DNA from: Polyangiaceae bacterium
GTDB lineage: Bacteria > Myxococcota_A > Polyangia > Polyangiales > Polyangiaceae
Direction: 5' to 3'
Length of the DNA: 64,000 bases
Assembly (NCBI GenBank): GCA_044376115.1
Contig: JBILLK010000011.1
Coordinates: forward strand, 1-64,000
Shown: positions 48,593 through 57,651 of the stretch, one piece after another
Layout of the letters: the number at the start of each line of letters is the position of its first letter
How positions within the stretch are numbered: position 1 is the first letter of the stretch
Notes under the pieces: generated by a model
What the model was told of the DNA's origin: nothing
What the model saw: the letters and a program-made list of their open reading frames with translations, nothing else
The model's database searches: none
Position numbers and translations under genes: made by a program

Positions 48593-48986
48593 GGCGCACT
48601 CTCTTCGCTTTGATACTCGTTGGTTTTTTGCGGAGTTTGGTCTGGTTGGGCTGGGCGGCGGGCTGAGGACCGAGGCTCTTCAGGTACGCGTCGAGCCGGT
48701 CGAGCCGCTCTTCCCACATCGCGCGAAAGTTCTCGATCCAGTCGGCCGCCGGCTCGAGAGCGTGCGGCTCGAGCCGACACGGGCGCTGTTGCCCCTCCCG
48801 ACTGCGCGAGATGAGTCCCGCGCGCTCGAGCACCTTGAGGTGCTTGGTGATCGCCGGACCCGAGAGAGCGAAGGGTTCACCGAGCTCCTTCACTGGCGCC
48901 TCCCCGATCGAGAGCCGCGCGAGGATGGCCCTCCGAGTTGGATCGGCGAGCGCCGAGAACACGAGCGATAGGTCAGCCGACTGCAT
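48576..48986 (-). CDS. ArsR/SmtB family regulator (SRPBCC-associated)
   Basis: FSALADPTRRAILARL, KHLKVLERAGLI, R.CRL, WE.RLDRLD.YL. Confidence 0.92.
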   Translation of the reverse strand: MQSADLSLVFSALADPTRRAILARLSIGEAPVKELGEPFALSGPAITKHLKVLERAGLISRSREGQQRPCRLEPHALEPAADWIENFRAMWEERLDRLDAYLKSLGPQPAAQPNQTKLRKKPTSIKAKRVRHVGKR

Positions 48987-48995
48987 CTCGCGTAA

Positions 48996-49011
48996 TTAAC
49001 CAAGTGGTAAC
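48996..49011. promoter_or_regulatory. Putative autoregulatory operator
   Basis: AT-rich imperfect palindrome TTAACC-AAGT-GGTAAC just upstream of the ArsR start. Confidence 0.5.
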
Positions 49012-49175
49012 TTAACCTGCAAGCGAAATGATTCGCAGCCGTGTCCAGTGCACAGCCGCCTGCCTTCGGGTTGAACGCGAAAGGCAAAGCTTGCACAACG
49101 GAGAGCGCTCCCAGCGCCGTCCATCAAGCATTGGGGCCGTGCGGGGAGTGGCACGTATCCTGTATTCAACGGCTC

Positions 49176-49955
49176 ATGGACTTCTACGACATCCCGCCCG
49201 GTGCGCTCCCGGCTGCGGATCCAGCCAAGTCGTTCTCCTCCCCTGGATCAGCGCTGATCGCAGCGTGGGAACAAGCCGGTGGTGATGTGAAGGCCCTGCG
49301 CAGGGTGTACAACCCGCTGCCCCACTGGCCGGGGCGTAAGTCCGGCCTCACCATTGGCATGGGCTACGATCTGAATCACCAGAATGACCAGCTGCTGAAG
49401 AAGGAGTGGGGCAAGGTGCTCTCCCCCGAGGACCTCGCCAAGCTCTCGGACTACACGCCCAGCATCAACGCCAAGGGCAAGCAGGTACCCAAGAAGAAGA
49501 ATCCAAGTAAAGCCGCGCTCGTCGCCACCAAAGACGTGGTCATCAAGTACGACGACGCCGTCAAGGTCTACGAGGACAAGATTTTACCTCGCTATCAAGC
49601 GATGGCCAACAAGGCATTCCCTGGCTTCGTTTCGCTCGATCCGTACACCCAGGGGGCGCTGCTCTCGATGGTCTACAACCGCGGCGACTCCTACACCCTG
49701 AAGAAGGGCACCAAGCAGGCGAAGGCGCTGCGCAAGAAGCACTTCATGGAGATACGCGAGGCCGTCATGAAGCATGACACCAAGGCGATCGAAGCGGTGT
49801 TGCGGGCAATGAAGTCCGAGCACAATGATCCGGAGACCAAGAAGGGCCTCTATCGGCGTCGCGACGCCGAGGCCGACTTGATCAAGGACCACCAAACGGA
49901 GATCGACAAGTTCTACAAGACCGCGCCGATGTGGGATCCGAACTTCTATATTTGA
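49176..49955 (+). CDS. Pesticin-C/phage lysozyme (GH24)-like muramidase
   Basis: HWPG..SGLTIG.GYDL, QGALLSMVYNRG, GLYRRR.AEA.L; no signal peptide; Lys-rich. Confidence 0.8.
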   Translation: MDFYDIPPGALPAADPAKSFSSPGSALIAAWEQAGGDVKALRRVYNPLPHWPGRKSGLTIGMGYDLNHQNDQLLKKEWGKVLSPEDLAKLSDYTPSINAKGKQVPKKKNPSKAALVATKDVVIKYDDAVKVYEDKILPRYQAMANKAFPGFVSLDPYTQGALLSMVYNRGDSYTLKKGTKQAKALRKKHFMEIREAVMKHDTKAIEAVLRAMKSEHNDPETKKGLYRRRDAEADLIKDHQTEIDKFYKTAPMWDPNFYI

Positions 49956-50073
49956 GCGCTGACCAAGCGGTCCCGCCCAATGGCTCGCTCATCGGGTCAT
50001 GACCTCTCGGGTAATGGCTTCCTCGCACTATCGAGCCCAAAGAAGCGCCGTAGGACGCAACGGAGGGATGGGG

Positions 50074-50538
50074 ATGAAGCACTCGACACATAAGCAATGG
50101 CTCAAGCTCACGGCGATCGTGATTGGATCGTTCGGGCCCGTGTTCTTTCTTGGGACCATGGCCCAGACCTTGGAACCAGCGCGTCTGACGCTGGACCTCT
50201 TGAGCTGGCCTATCGACGGGGCGACGACCTACGCACACCGGGATACGCGCTTTCTTTCCGCGCTGACCGGCGGCTTCTTATTCGGTTGGGGCGTGACAGT
50301 GTGGTGCCTGTCGTCGTGGGTGTATGACCTCGCGCCCGAGGCCGTTCGGCGTACGGTGTTGGCCGGCCTTTGCTCTTGGTTCTGTTTGGACAGCGCAGGT
50401 TCGATTGCGTCGGGCAACGTCTCCAATTCGCTGTTCAACGTACTGGTGCTCGCTCTTGCAGCAGGGCCGCTGTGGTTCCCCGCAGGCGACGAAGACCCTG
50501 CAGGCAAGGGCGAGGCGGCTGCGAGTCACCGACGCTAG
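50074..50538 (+). CDS. Hypothetical integral membrane protein
   Basis: Four hydrophobic segments; WF..DS.GS...G...N motif. Confidence 0.7.
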   Translation: MKHSTHKQWLKLTAIVIGSFGPVFFLGTMAQTLEPARLTLDLLSWPIDGATTYAHRDTRFLSALTGGFLFGWGVTVWCLSSWVYDLAPEAVRRTVLAGLCSWFCLDSAGSIASGNVSNSLFNVLVLALAAGPLWFPAGDEDPAGKGEAAASHRR

Positions 50539-51041
50539 TCGCCGCGCGTCGCTTGCTCGAGGGCTGTCGTGTACGGTCGAGCGCGCCGCTCGGCAAAACC
50601 ATCTACGAGCAAGCCTACGCCCGAGAAGAAGACCAGGGCGATGCCGAGGCCCTGGGTGAAGTCGCCGCGGGTCGCGAAGCGCAGCCCCAGCCCGACAACC
50701 CCAAAGGCCGCCCACACAATGAGATAGGTGGGCCAGGCGCGGTTCACTTTCTCCATTCGCGCGAGCTCGGCGCGCTGAGCTGCTTCAGGCTCGCTTTCGA
50801 GCGCGGCCTGCAAGGTGGCCGCCTGTGAGGGTGTACGGAACCCGACCGCTCCACCAACGACGGTCATGACCAAGCCCACGACGAGGAATGGAATCGCGAC
50901 GCCGCGAGCAAACCCGCCAGCGTTGTCGCTGAGGAGCCACCCACCGAACACCAGGCTCAACAGCCCAAGCGGTAGAATGAAAACCAAGGCTTCAATCTTC
51001 TCGCCTTGGAAGTAGGCCGTCATGATCTCGAGAAACTTCAT
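50535..51041 (-). CDS. Hypothetical integral membrane protein
   Basis: YF.GEK start, four TM helices, EL.RM, D.FAE.RA..Y; GGAG RBS. Confidence 0.7.
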   Translation of the reverse strand: MKFLEIMTAYFQGEKIEALVFILPLGLLSLVFGGWLLSDNAGGFARGVAIPFLVVGLVMTVVGGAVGFRTPSQAATLQAALESEPEAAQRAELARMEKVNRAWPTYLIVWAAFGVVGLGLRFATRGDFTQGLGIALVFFSGVGLLVDGFAERRARPYTTALEQATRGD

Positions 51042-51470
51042 GCTTACTCCGCTATCGTCGATTGTTAGGTCCAGTCGAAATGTAGCGCGCATTTCTTCGC
51101 CTGGTTCTGCCCTCTCCTCGGCCTCAGAACAAGTTGGAGGAGGTGGCTCGTGGGTTCATCGAATGGCACGTGCGGAGCTCGAGTGTGCATTGGAATGGCG
51201 CTCGTGGCGGTGCTCCTATCCGGCTGCTCGACCAGCAGGCTTTCGCAGCAGCCGATCAACAACCAGGAGGTCTTGCGGACCTTGCTGAGCTCGGGTGGCG
51301 ACCCGGCTCGCTGTAGGCCGATGTCAGCCGCTGAGTCTTATGCGTTCGAGGGTCAGCGTTACACCAACCTGCTCGGCAGTCGGGCCATGCCCACGCAGTG
51401 TAGCCATCCTCCCTTCATTGGGAGATAGGCTGTCTCGCAGTGGCTTTCGCGGCTCGTGGCTTTAGCGGCT

Positions 51471-51498
51471 CGAGGCTGTTGCAACTCGAACAGCCTCG
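51471..51498. terminator. Stem-loop upstream of the his promoter
   Basis: CGAGGCTGTT / AACAGCCTCG 10-bp stem; only a short T run follows. Confidence 0.4.
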
Positions 51499-51528
51499 TT
51501 GACGCATGCATGCTCACTCGGTTACCGT
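51499..51528 (+). promoter_or_regulatory. Putative sigma70-type his promoter
   Basis: TTGACG (51499-51504), 18-nt spacer, TACCGT (51523-51528), 6 nt before the leader GTG. Confidence 0.55.
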
Positions 51529-51534
51529 CGTGCC

Positions 51535-51618
51535 GTGCTCGCTTGTGTCCCTCGCATCGCTCGCTCCTGTCGTGGGGAGCATCATGGTCACCATCACGGT
51601 GACCGTGGCGTGCGCTGA
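51535..51618 (+). CDS. hisL: Histidine operon leader peptide (27 aa)
   Basis: MLACVPRIARSCRGEHHGHHHGDRGVR*: 5 His in 6 codons, directly upstream of hisG. Confidence 0.75.
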   Translation: MLACVPRIARSCRGEHHGHHHGDRGVR

Positions 51619-51725
51619 TCCAGGTAGGAGTCGTCGAGTCAGCACGTCACGGTAGGAAGAGCCAAGGCTCTTTCGAGATTCGACGATGTCTGCGCACTAA
51701 CCTCGAGGTCCAAGCCTCGGTCTTC
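51583..51725 (+). promoter_or_regulatory. His attenuator-like alternative RNA helices
   Basis: 51583-92/51598-607; 51603-18/51639-52; 51631-40/51677-86; hairpins at 51657-72 and 51704-19. Confidence 0.6.
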
Positions 51726-51776
51726 ACTGTGCAGTTCCGCGGATCATCGACGTGCTTTCAGCACGAAAAGAGCAAC

Positions 51777-52628
51777 ATGCCCACGATCGCATTGCCCAAC
51801 AAAGGTCGACTGAGTGAAGAAGTGCGCGCGCTCTTGCGCGAGGCTGGTTTGAGTGTCCGGTTGCATGATGAGCGCGCGCTCGTCGCCTCGCTCGGTGAGG
51901 ACTTTTCGGCCATCTTCGTGCGTGCGCAGGACGTGCCGGAGTTCGTTGCCAACGGTGCTGCAGACATGGGCATCACCGGGCGTGATTGTGTGGCCGAGTC
52001 GGAGGTCGCGCTCGAGGAACGGCTGGACCTTGGAATGGGCCAGTGCCGGCTGGCGCTGGCGGCACGAAGCGCAAGTCGCGTCGAGGAGCTGCCGGACGGA
52101 CTGCGCGTGGCGACCTCCTTTCCGCGCTTGGCCGCGAACTACTTCGAGCGGCTCGGCAAGCGCGTAGAGATCGTCCGCGTGAGCGGCGCAGCCGAGGTAA
52201 CGCCGCACCTCGGCGTCGCCGACGCGATCGTCGATCTGGTTTCGACTGGGTCGACGTTGCGCGTGAACGGCCTTGTCGAGATCTGCACCTTGCTCGAGTC
52301 GTCTGCGGTGCTGGTGTCGAGGTCGCGCGCAGCGCTCACTACCGAACTCGATCTTGCGATCGAGGAGCTCTCGATGGTGCTGAGCAGCGTGCTCCGTGCG
52401 CGCGGCAAACGCTACTTGATGGCCAACGCCCCGCGGGCTGCGCTGGCCGCCGTGCGCGAGCTGCTCCCGGGCCTCAATGGTCCGACCATCGTGGACCCGC
52501 AGCAGGGCGACTACGTGGCCGTCCACGCCGTGGTCGAAGCCAGCGCTGTTTACCGAACCACCGTGCGCCTCAAGGCCGTCGGTTGTGAAGGCATCCTGGT
52601 TACGCGCATCGAAAGGATGGTTCCATGA
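51777..52628 (+). CDS. hisG: ATP phosphoribosyltransferase, long form
   Basis: IALPNKGRL, VRAQDVP..V..G.AD.GITG.D, GAAE..P.LG.ADAIVDLVSTG.TLR.NGL; C-terminal regulatory domain (LPG..GPTI). Confidence 0.96.
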   Translation: MPTIALPNKGRLSEEVRALLREAGLSVRLHDERALVASLGEDFSAIFVRAQDVPEFVANGAADMGITGRDCVAESEVALEERLDLGMGQCRLALAARSASRVEELPDGLRVATSFPRLAANYFERLGKRVEIVRVSGAAEVTPHLGVADAIVDLVSTGSTLRVNGLVEICTLLESSAVLVSRSRAALTTELDLAIEELSMVLSSVLRARGKRYLMANAPRAALAAVRELLPGLNGPTIVDPQQGDYVAVHAVVEASAVYRTTVRLKAVGCEGILVTRIERMVP

Positions 52629-55006
52629 GCTTCGTCGTACGTTTTGCAGGCAGGCTCGCGGAGCTCTCCCTCACGGACCGCACAGTGCTCCTCGCGCGAA
52701 GCCGCGCTGAGGTAGACGACTCAATCGAATCACAGGTTCGTGAGCTCGCTCGCTCGATCCGCGCTGACGGTGACGCCGGCGTGCGCGCAGCCACCGAGCG
52801 CTTCGACGGCATCAAGCTCGAGACCTTGCGCGTCCCCGATGAGGTGGTACGAGCGGCGCTGCAGCAAGCGCCGCGCAATGTGGTCGCTGCGCTCGAGCGG
52901 TCCGCCGCCAACCTCGAGCGCGTTCACCGCGCGTTCCTCCCTCCGACGGTCGAGATCGAGACCGAGCCGGGGGTGATCGTCGGCCGACGACCAGAGCCAC
53001 TGGGGGCCGTTGGCGTCTATGCACCAGGCGGGCGGGCCGCCTATCCATCGAGCGTGTTGATGGGGGTGGTCCCGGCTCGCGTGGCCGGCGTTGGTCGCAT
53101 CGTCGTGTGCTCGCCGCCGCAACCAGGCGGGCTCCCTAGTGATGTGGTGTTGGCAGCGGCTGCGGTGGCTGGGGCGAGCGACGTGTTTGCGATCGGGGGC
53201 GCGCAGGCGATCTTCGCGTTGGCCTTCGGTACCGCCTCGGTCCCGCGGGTTTCGCGCATCGTTGGGCCCGGCAACGCCTACGTGGCTGAAGCAAAGCGTC
53301 AGGTCGCCGGCCACGTTGGCATCGACGCCCCTGCGGGTCCCAGCGAGATCCTGATCATCGGCGATGCGAGCGCTGATCCTGCGTTGCTCGTGCGGGAGCT
53401 TCTCGCGCAAGCCGAGCACGATCCTGAGGCCTCTTGCGTTGCGCTCGTTACCAGCGAGGCTGTTGCACAAGAAACGATTCGTCTGCTTGGCCTCGCCAGC
53501 TCGCCGCGGAGTGCGATCGTCGATGCAGCGTTGCGTTCACGTGGGGCGGTGCTGTGCATCGACTCGCTGGACGAAGCCGTAGCGTTCGCCGAGGCGTACG
53601 CTGCAGAGCACGTGCTCTGCGCGGTTGAATCGCCTGAGGCCCTTCGCGACCGCATCAAACACGCAGGAACCATCTTTTATGGGCAGGGCGGCTCGGTCGC
53701 CTTCGGTGACTACATGACTGGCGCCAATCACGTCCTTCCGACGGCGGGCGCGGGGCAGGCGTACTCCGGCCTCTCGACGCTCGACTTCGTGCGCTTCACC
53801 ACCTACCAACGAATCTCGGCAGCGGGGGCTCGTGCGTTGGCCGCTTCAACGGTGGTCCTGGCAGAGGCCGAGGGCCTCTTCGCCCACGCCGATGCAGCGC
53901 GCGTCCACCTCGAGGACCCGGTGATTGAGCCTGCCGAAGGCTCGCTGCGTGCGCCGGTTCAACCACGTAACGGGCTCGAGGCGATCACCCTCTATACGTC
54001 GAACCGCCGCGCGGCTCAGGTGGATCTCTCCGACAATACGAACCAACGAGGCGCTCCGCCTTCCGCTGCGCGGGTCCTTGCAGAAGCGGAACCCGCGAGT
54101 TTAGCGCGCTATCCATCACACTACGCTGACGAGCTGAAGCGCGCCGTCGCTCTTCACTTCGGGGTATCGCCGTCGCAGGTCGTCACCGGCTGCGGAAGTG
54201 ATGACGTGATTGATTGTGCGCTGCGCGCGTTCGCCAATCCGGGAGACCGGCTGGTGTACCCGGACCCTACCTTCGCGATGATTCCCTATTTTGCGCGGAC
54301 CAACGGGCTTACGCCGGTGGCGGTACCACTTCGCGGAAGCGCGCAAGCGTGGGACGCCGATCTCGACGTGATGCTCGCGCAGCGGCCGAAGATCCTCTAC
54401 CTGTGCTCACCCAACAACCCGACCGGAACGATGGTTAGCCGGCAGGGCCTCGAGCGCGCACTCGCTGAGGCCCCAGGCCTCGTGATCCTGGATGAGGCGT
54501 ACGCCGACTACGCCGGCGATAGCTTAGTAAAACGCACCCAGGCGGCGGGGCGCCTACTGGTTATTCGCACCTTGTCCAAGGCCTTCGGCTTGGCTGGCCA
54601 GCGCGTGGGAATCGCCATCGGTGCCGAGGCTCTGGTCCGCGAGATCGAGAAGGTGCGCGGGCCCTACAAGGTCAACGTGCTTGGGGAACGAGTGGCGATC
54701 GCCGCCTTGACGAATGACGCCGCGTGGGTCGCCGAAGGGGTGCGCGAGGTGATCGAGTCACGCGAGAGGTTCATCCCTTGGCTCGCTTCGGTCGGGCTTT
54801 CGCCGCTCCCCTCGAGCGCTAACTTCGTGCTCGTGCCTGTGCGTAAAGCCGTTGAACAGGCCGAGTCGCTACGGTCGCGCGGCATCGCGGTGCGGCCGTT
54901 CTCGGCGCTTCCTGGGATCGGGGACGCCGTGCGGATTTCGGTTGGGCCTTGGCCGATGATGGAGCCGTTGCTCGGCTCGTTTGCGGAGGTGCTGCGATGC
55001 GAGTAG
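52625..55006 (+). CDS. hisD-hisC: Fused histidinol dehydrogenase / histidinol-phosphate aminotransferase
   Basis: HisD: GVYAPGG.A.YPSS, GPGNAYV, AGPSE, QAEH, GDY..G.NHVLPT; HisC: G.GSD, CSPNNPTG, DEAY, RTLSKAFGLAG.RVG; single open frame. Confidence 0.9.
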   Translation: MSFVVRFAGRLAELSLTDRTVLLARSRAEVDDSIESQVRELARSIRADGDAGVRAATERFDGIKLETLRVPDEVVRAALQQAPRNVVAALERSAANLERVHRAFLPPTVEIETEPGVIVGRRPEPLGAVGVYAPGGRAAYPSSVLMGVVPARVAGVGRIVVCSPPQPGGLPSDVVLAAAAVAGASDVFAIGGAQAIFALAFGTASVPRVSRIVGPGNAYVAEAKRQVAGHVGIDAPAGPSEILIIGDASADPALLVRELLAQAEHDPEASCVALVTSEAVAQETIRLLGLASSPRSAIVDAALRSRGAVLCIDSLDEAVAFAEAYAAEHVLCAVESPEALRDRIKHAGTIFYGQGGSVAFGDYMTGANHVLPTAGAGQAYSGLSTLDFVRFTTYQRISAAGARALAASTVVLAEAEGLFAHADAARVHLEDPVIEPAEGSLRAPVQPRNGLEAITLYTSNRRAAQVDLSDNTNQRGAPPSAARVLAEAEPASLARYPSHYADELKRAVALHFGVSPSQVVTGCGSDDVIDCALRAFANPGDRLVYPDPTFAMIPYFARTNGLTPVAVPLRGSAQAWDADLDVMLAQRPKILYLCSPNNPTGTMVSRQGLERALAEAPGLVILDEAYADYAGDSLVKRTQAAGRLLVIRTLSKAFGLAGQRVGIAIGAEALVREIEKVRGPYKVNVLGERVAIAALTNDAAWVAEGVREVIESRERFIPWLASVGLSPLPSSANFVLVPVRKAVEQAESLRSRGIAVRPFSALPGIGDAVRISVGPWPMMEPLLGSFAEVLRCE

Positions 55007-55590
55007 CGCTTTTGGATCTTGGCGTTGGTAACCTCCACTCGCTCGCTAAAGCCTTTCAACGAGCCTTGCCGCAGGCCTCGTTGGAGACAACCAGCGACGG
55101 AGTGACGGCGAACCAATGCGAGCTTTGCGTGCTCCCGGGCGTCGGTGCGTTCGCGCCGGCCGCGGAACGTCTTGCGCCCTATCGCCAGCTGCTTCGCGAA
55201 CGCGCGCAGGCCGGTGGTGCCATCATTGGCATCTGTCTCGGCATGCAGCTCCTGTTCGACGAGAGCGATGAGGGCGCAGGCTTGGGCCTGGGCATCGTGC
55301 GAGGTCGCGTGACGAAGCTCGCTACCGCGCGGATTCCTCACATGGGTTTCAGCCTGCTGCACCCAACGCGCGCCGAGCTCGCGCTTCCTACGTCGGTCTA
55401 CTTCGCTCATTCGTACGCCTGCCGCCCAGTAGATCCCTCCGTCGTGCTGGCTGAAACAACGCTCGAAGGTGACACCTTCCCCGCGATCGTACGGACCGGG
55501 AACTGCGTCGGCTTTCAGTTTCACCCCGAGAAGAGCTCGCACGAAGGCGTCGAACTGTTGACCTCGTTCGCGAAACGGATCTGCTCATGA
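54997..55590 (+). CDS. hisH: Imidazole glycerol phosphate synthase glutaminase subunit
   Basis: GNL.S, LPGVGAF, GICLGMQLL, PHMG, YF.HSY, QFHPEKS. Confidence 0.96.
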   Translation: MRVALLDLGVGNLHSLAKAFQRALPQASLETTSDGVTANQCELCVLPGVGAFAPAAERLAPYRQLLRERAQAGGAIIGICLGMQLLFDESDEGAGLGLGIVRGRVTKLATARIPHMGFSLLHPTRAELALPTSVYFAHSYACRPVDPSVVLAETTLEGDTFPAIVRTGNCVGFQFHPEKSSHEGVELLTSFAKRICS

Positions 55591-56318
55591 TGGCCATTCC
55601 GGCGATCGATCTTCGTGAGGGCAAGTGCGTTCAATTGGTCGGCGGCTCGTACGCAGAGGAACGCGTTCGCATCGACGACCCCGTCGAGCAAGCAAAGCGT
55701 TTTCGCGAGGCCGGCTTTACTCGTCTACACCTGGTTGACCTCGACGCCGCGACTGGCCGCGGCTCGAATGAACCGACGCTGCGCTCAATCATCGAGCGCG
55801 TTCCGGGGCTTACGATTCAGCTCGGTGGTGGCGTACGCAGTGAGGAGGCGGTCGAGCGCTGGCTCGAGGCCGGCGTGACCTCGGTCGTGATTGGCACTCA
55901 GGCTCTCGTCGACCGCGCGTTTCTCGAGCGAGTCGCAGCTCGCCACCCCGGGCGAATCGCGGTTGCGCTGGACGTTCGTGAGCGCGAGGTGTTGTCTCGC
56001 GGCTGGTCGCAAGGGACTGGCAAGACGGTCGAGTCGGTATTGACCGAGCTCTCGAGCCTGCCGCTCTCGTTCGTGCTGGTGACGGCCGTACACGTCGAGG
56101 GGAGTCTGTCGGGGGTGGACGCTCCGCTGTACGCAGAGCTGGCGGAGCTAACGCGTCTTCCGCTGGTCGCTTCGGGCGGAGTTGGCGAACTCGCCGACCT
56201 CCACGCGCTCGCCGCCACGGGCGTTCATGGCGCGGTGATCGGAATGGCACTTTACGTAGGGCGGGTCGAGCCTCGCGAGGCTGCATCGCAATTTTCAAGC
56301 TGGGAGAGGTCGAAATGA
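55587..56318 (+). CDS. hisA: ProFAR isomerase
   Basis: IPAIDL..GKCVQL, LH.VDLD.A, Q.GGGVRS, ASGGV. Confidence 0.95.
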   Translation: MMAIPAIDLREGKCVQLVGGSYAEERVRIDDPVEQAKRFREAGFTRLHLVDLDAATGRGSNEPTLRSIIERVPGLTIQLGGGVRSEEAVERWLEAGVTSVVIGTQALVDRAFLERVAARHPGRIAVALDVREREVLSRGWSQGTGKTVESVLTELSSLPLSFVLVTAVHVEGSLSGVDAPLYAELAELTRLPLVASGGVGELADLHALAATGVHGAVIGMALYVGRVEPREAASQFSSWERSK

Positions 56319-56875
56319 AGAAGCTCACGCGCAGCTCGAAAGAGACGCAGGTTGTCGTAGTGGTGGAGTCCATGTCCGCGGCGGGGCTCGCCAACGCCAC
56401 CGTGAATACGACCCTGCCGTTCTTCGACCATATGCTGAGCACTTTGCTTCGCTATGCGGGGATCGCGGCGACCGTCGAGGCGCAAGGGGATTTGTCGCAT
56501 CACATCATGGAGGACGTCGCGATCACCACCGGGCGCGCCCTACGCTCGTCGCTGCCTGCGGCGCTCGCGCGCTATGGCGATAAGACGGTGCCGATGGACG
56601 ATGCGCTGGTGCAAGCAACGATCGACGTTGGAGGCCGCTTCTACTTCGAAGGGGAGCTGCCCAATCGTTTGCACACCCACGTACTGCGCAGCTTTGCTGA
56701 GGCGCTCGGCGCGACGCTTCATCTTCGGGTGCACCGTGGCAGGGACCGTCACCACCTGATCGAGGCTGGCTACAAGTCTGTCGGACTCGCGTTGCGAGAG
56801 GCTTTGCGCGCTACCGGAGAGGGCATCTTTTCGTCCAAGGGGAGCGTTGTCTTCGTCGAGGAGGAGCTACCGTGA
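56315..56875 (+). CDS. hisB: Imidazoleglycerol-phosphate dehydratase (monofunctional)
   Basis: R..KET, FFDHML, GD..HH..ED, PMDDAL, HH.IEA. Confidence 0.93.
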   Translation: MKKLTRSSKETQVVVVVESMSAAGLANATVNTTLPFFDHMLSTLLRYAGIAATVEAQGDLSHHIMEDVAITTGRALRSSLPAALARYGDKTVPMDDALVQATIDVGGRFYFEGELPNRLHTHVLRSFAEALGATLHLRVHRGRDRHHLIEAGYKSVGLALREALRATGEGIFSSKGSVVFVEEELP

Positions 56876-57651
56876 GCGCCAATCAACGACGCGTGGTCGT
56901 CTGTCTCGACGTCGACGGGGGCCGGGTCAAGAAGGGCGTCCGCTTCGAAGGCCTGCGCGATGTCGGCGACCCTGTGGAGCTCGCCGCCTTCTACGAGGCG
57001 GAAGGCGCCGATGAGATCGTCTTTCTCGATATCACCGCGAGTGTCGAACAGCGGCCGACGTTGCTCAGCACGCTGCGTCGCACTGCGGAGGTCCTCTTTT
57101 TGCCGCTGACGCTTGGCGGCGGCATTCGCTCGCTGGCCGACGTTGAGGCTGGTCTGCGGGCCGGCGCCGACAAGATTTCGATCAATTCGGCCGCGTTGCG
57201 AGACCCAAGCTTGCTCGAGCAAGCGGCACTTCGCTTCGGCTCGCAGTGTGTGGTGCTCAGCATCGACGCGAAGGCCGATACAACGCTTCCGAGCGGCTAC
57301 CGAGTGGTCACCCACGGCGGTCGCACGCCGTCGGAGCGCGACGTGGTCGAATGGGCAAAACAAGGTGAGGCGTGCGGAGCGGGGGAGATCCTCCTGACCA
57401 GCATTGACCGAGACGGCGCTCGCAGCGGTTACGACCTTGGGCTCACGCGCGCCGTAGCGAGCGCAGTGCGTGCTCCGGTTGTGGCCTCTGGCGGTGCGGG
57501 GCAGGCAAGCCACCTGGTGGACGCGGTGACCCAAGGTGGCGCTGATGCAGTGCTCGTGGCGGGCATCCTTCACGACCACGTGACCACCGTTCGCGAGCTT
57601 AAAACGTATATGGCGGGGGCTCAAATCTCCGTCCGAGGGGTGCAATCATGA
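56872..57651 (+). CDS. hisF: Imidazole glycerol phosphate synthase cyclase subunit
   Basis: CLDV..GRV.KG, GADE..FLDI, GADK.SINS, GAGEILLTSIDRDG...GYD. Confidence 0.97.
   Translation: MSANQRRVVVCLDVDGGRVKKGVRFEGLRDVGDPVELAAFYEAEGADEIVFLDITASVEQRPTLLSTLRRTAEVLFLPLTLGGGIRSLADVEAGLRAGADKISINSAALRDPSLLEQAALRFGSQCVVLSIDAKADTTLPSGYRVVTHGGRTPSERDVVEWAKQGEACGAGEILLTSIDRDGARSGYDLGLTRAVASAVRAPVVASGGAGQASHLVDAVTQGGADAVLVAGILHDHVTTVRELKTYMAGAQISVRGVQS

Noticed and set aside
49041..49955. Prophage lysis cassette
   Set aside because: No holin, spanin, structural or integrase genes nearby.
51150..51471. Small lipoprotein-like ORF and a 16-bp imperfect tandem repeat (51440-51471)
   Set aside because: An LSGC lipobox-like motif is present, but the ORF is short, has no recognisable family and may be a fragment; the repeat has only two copies.
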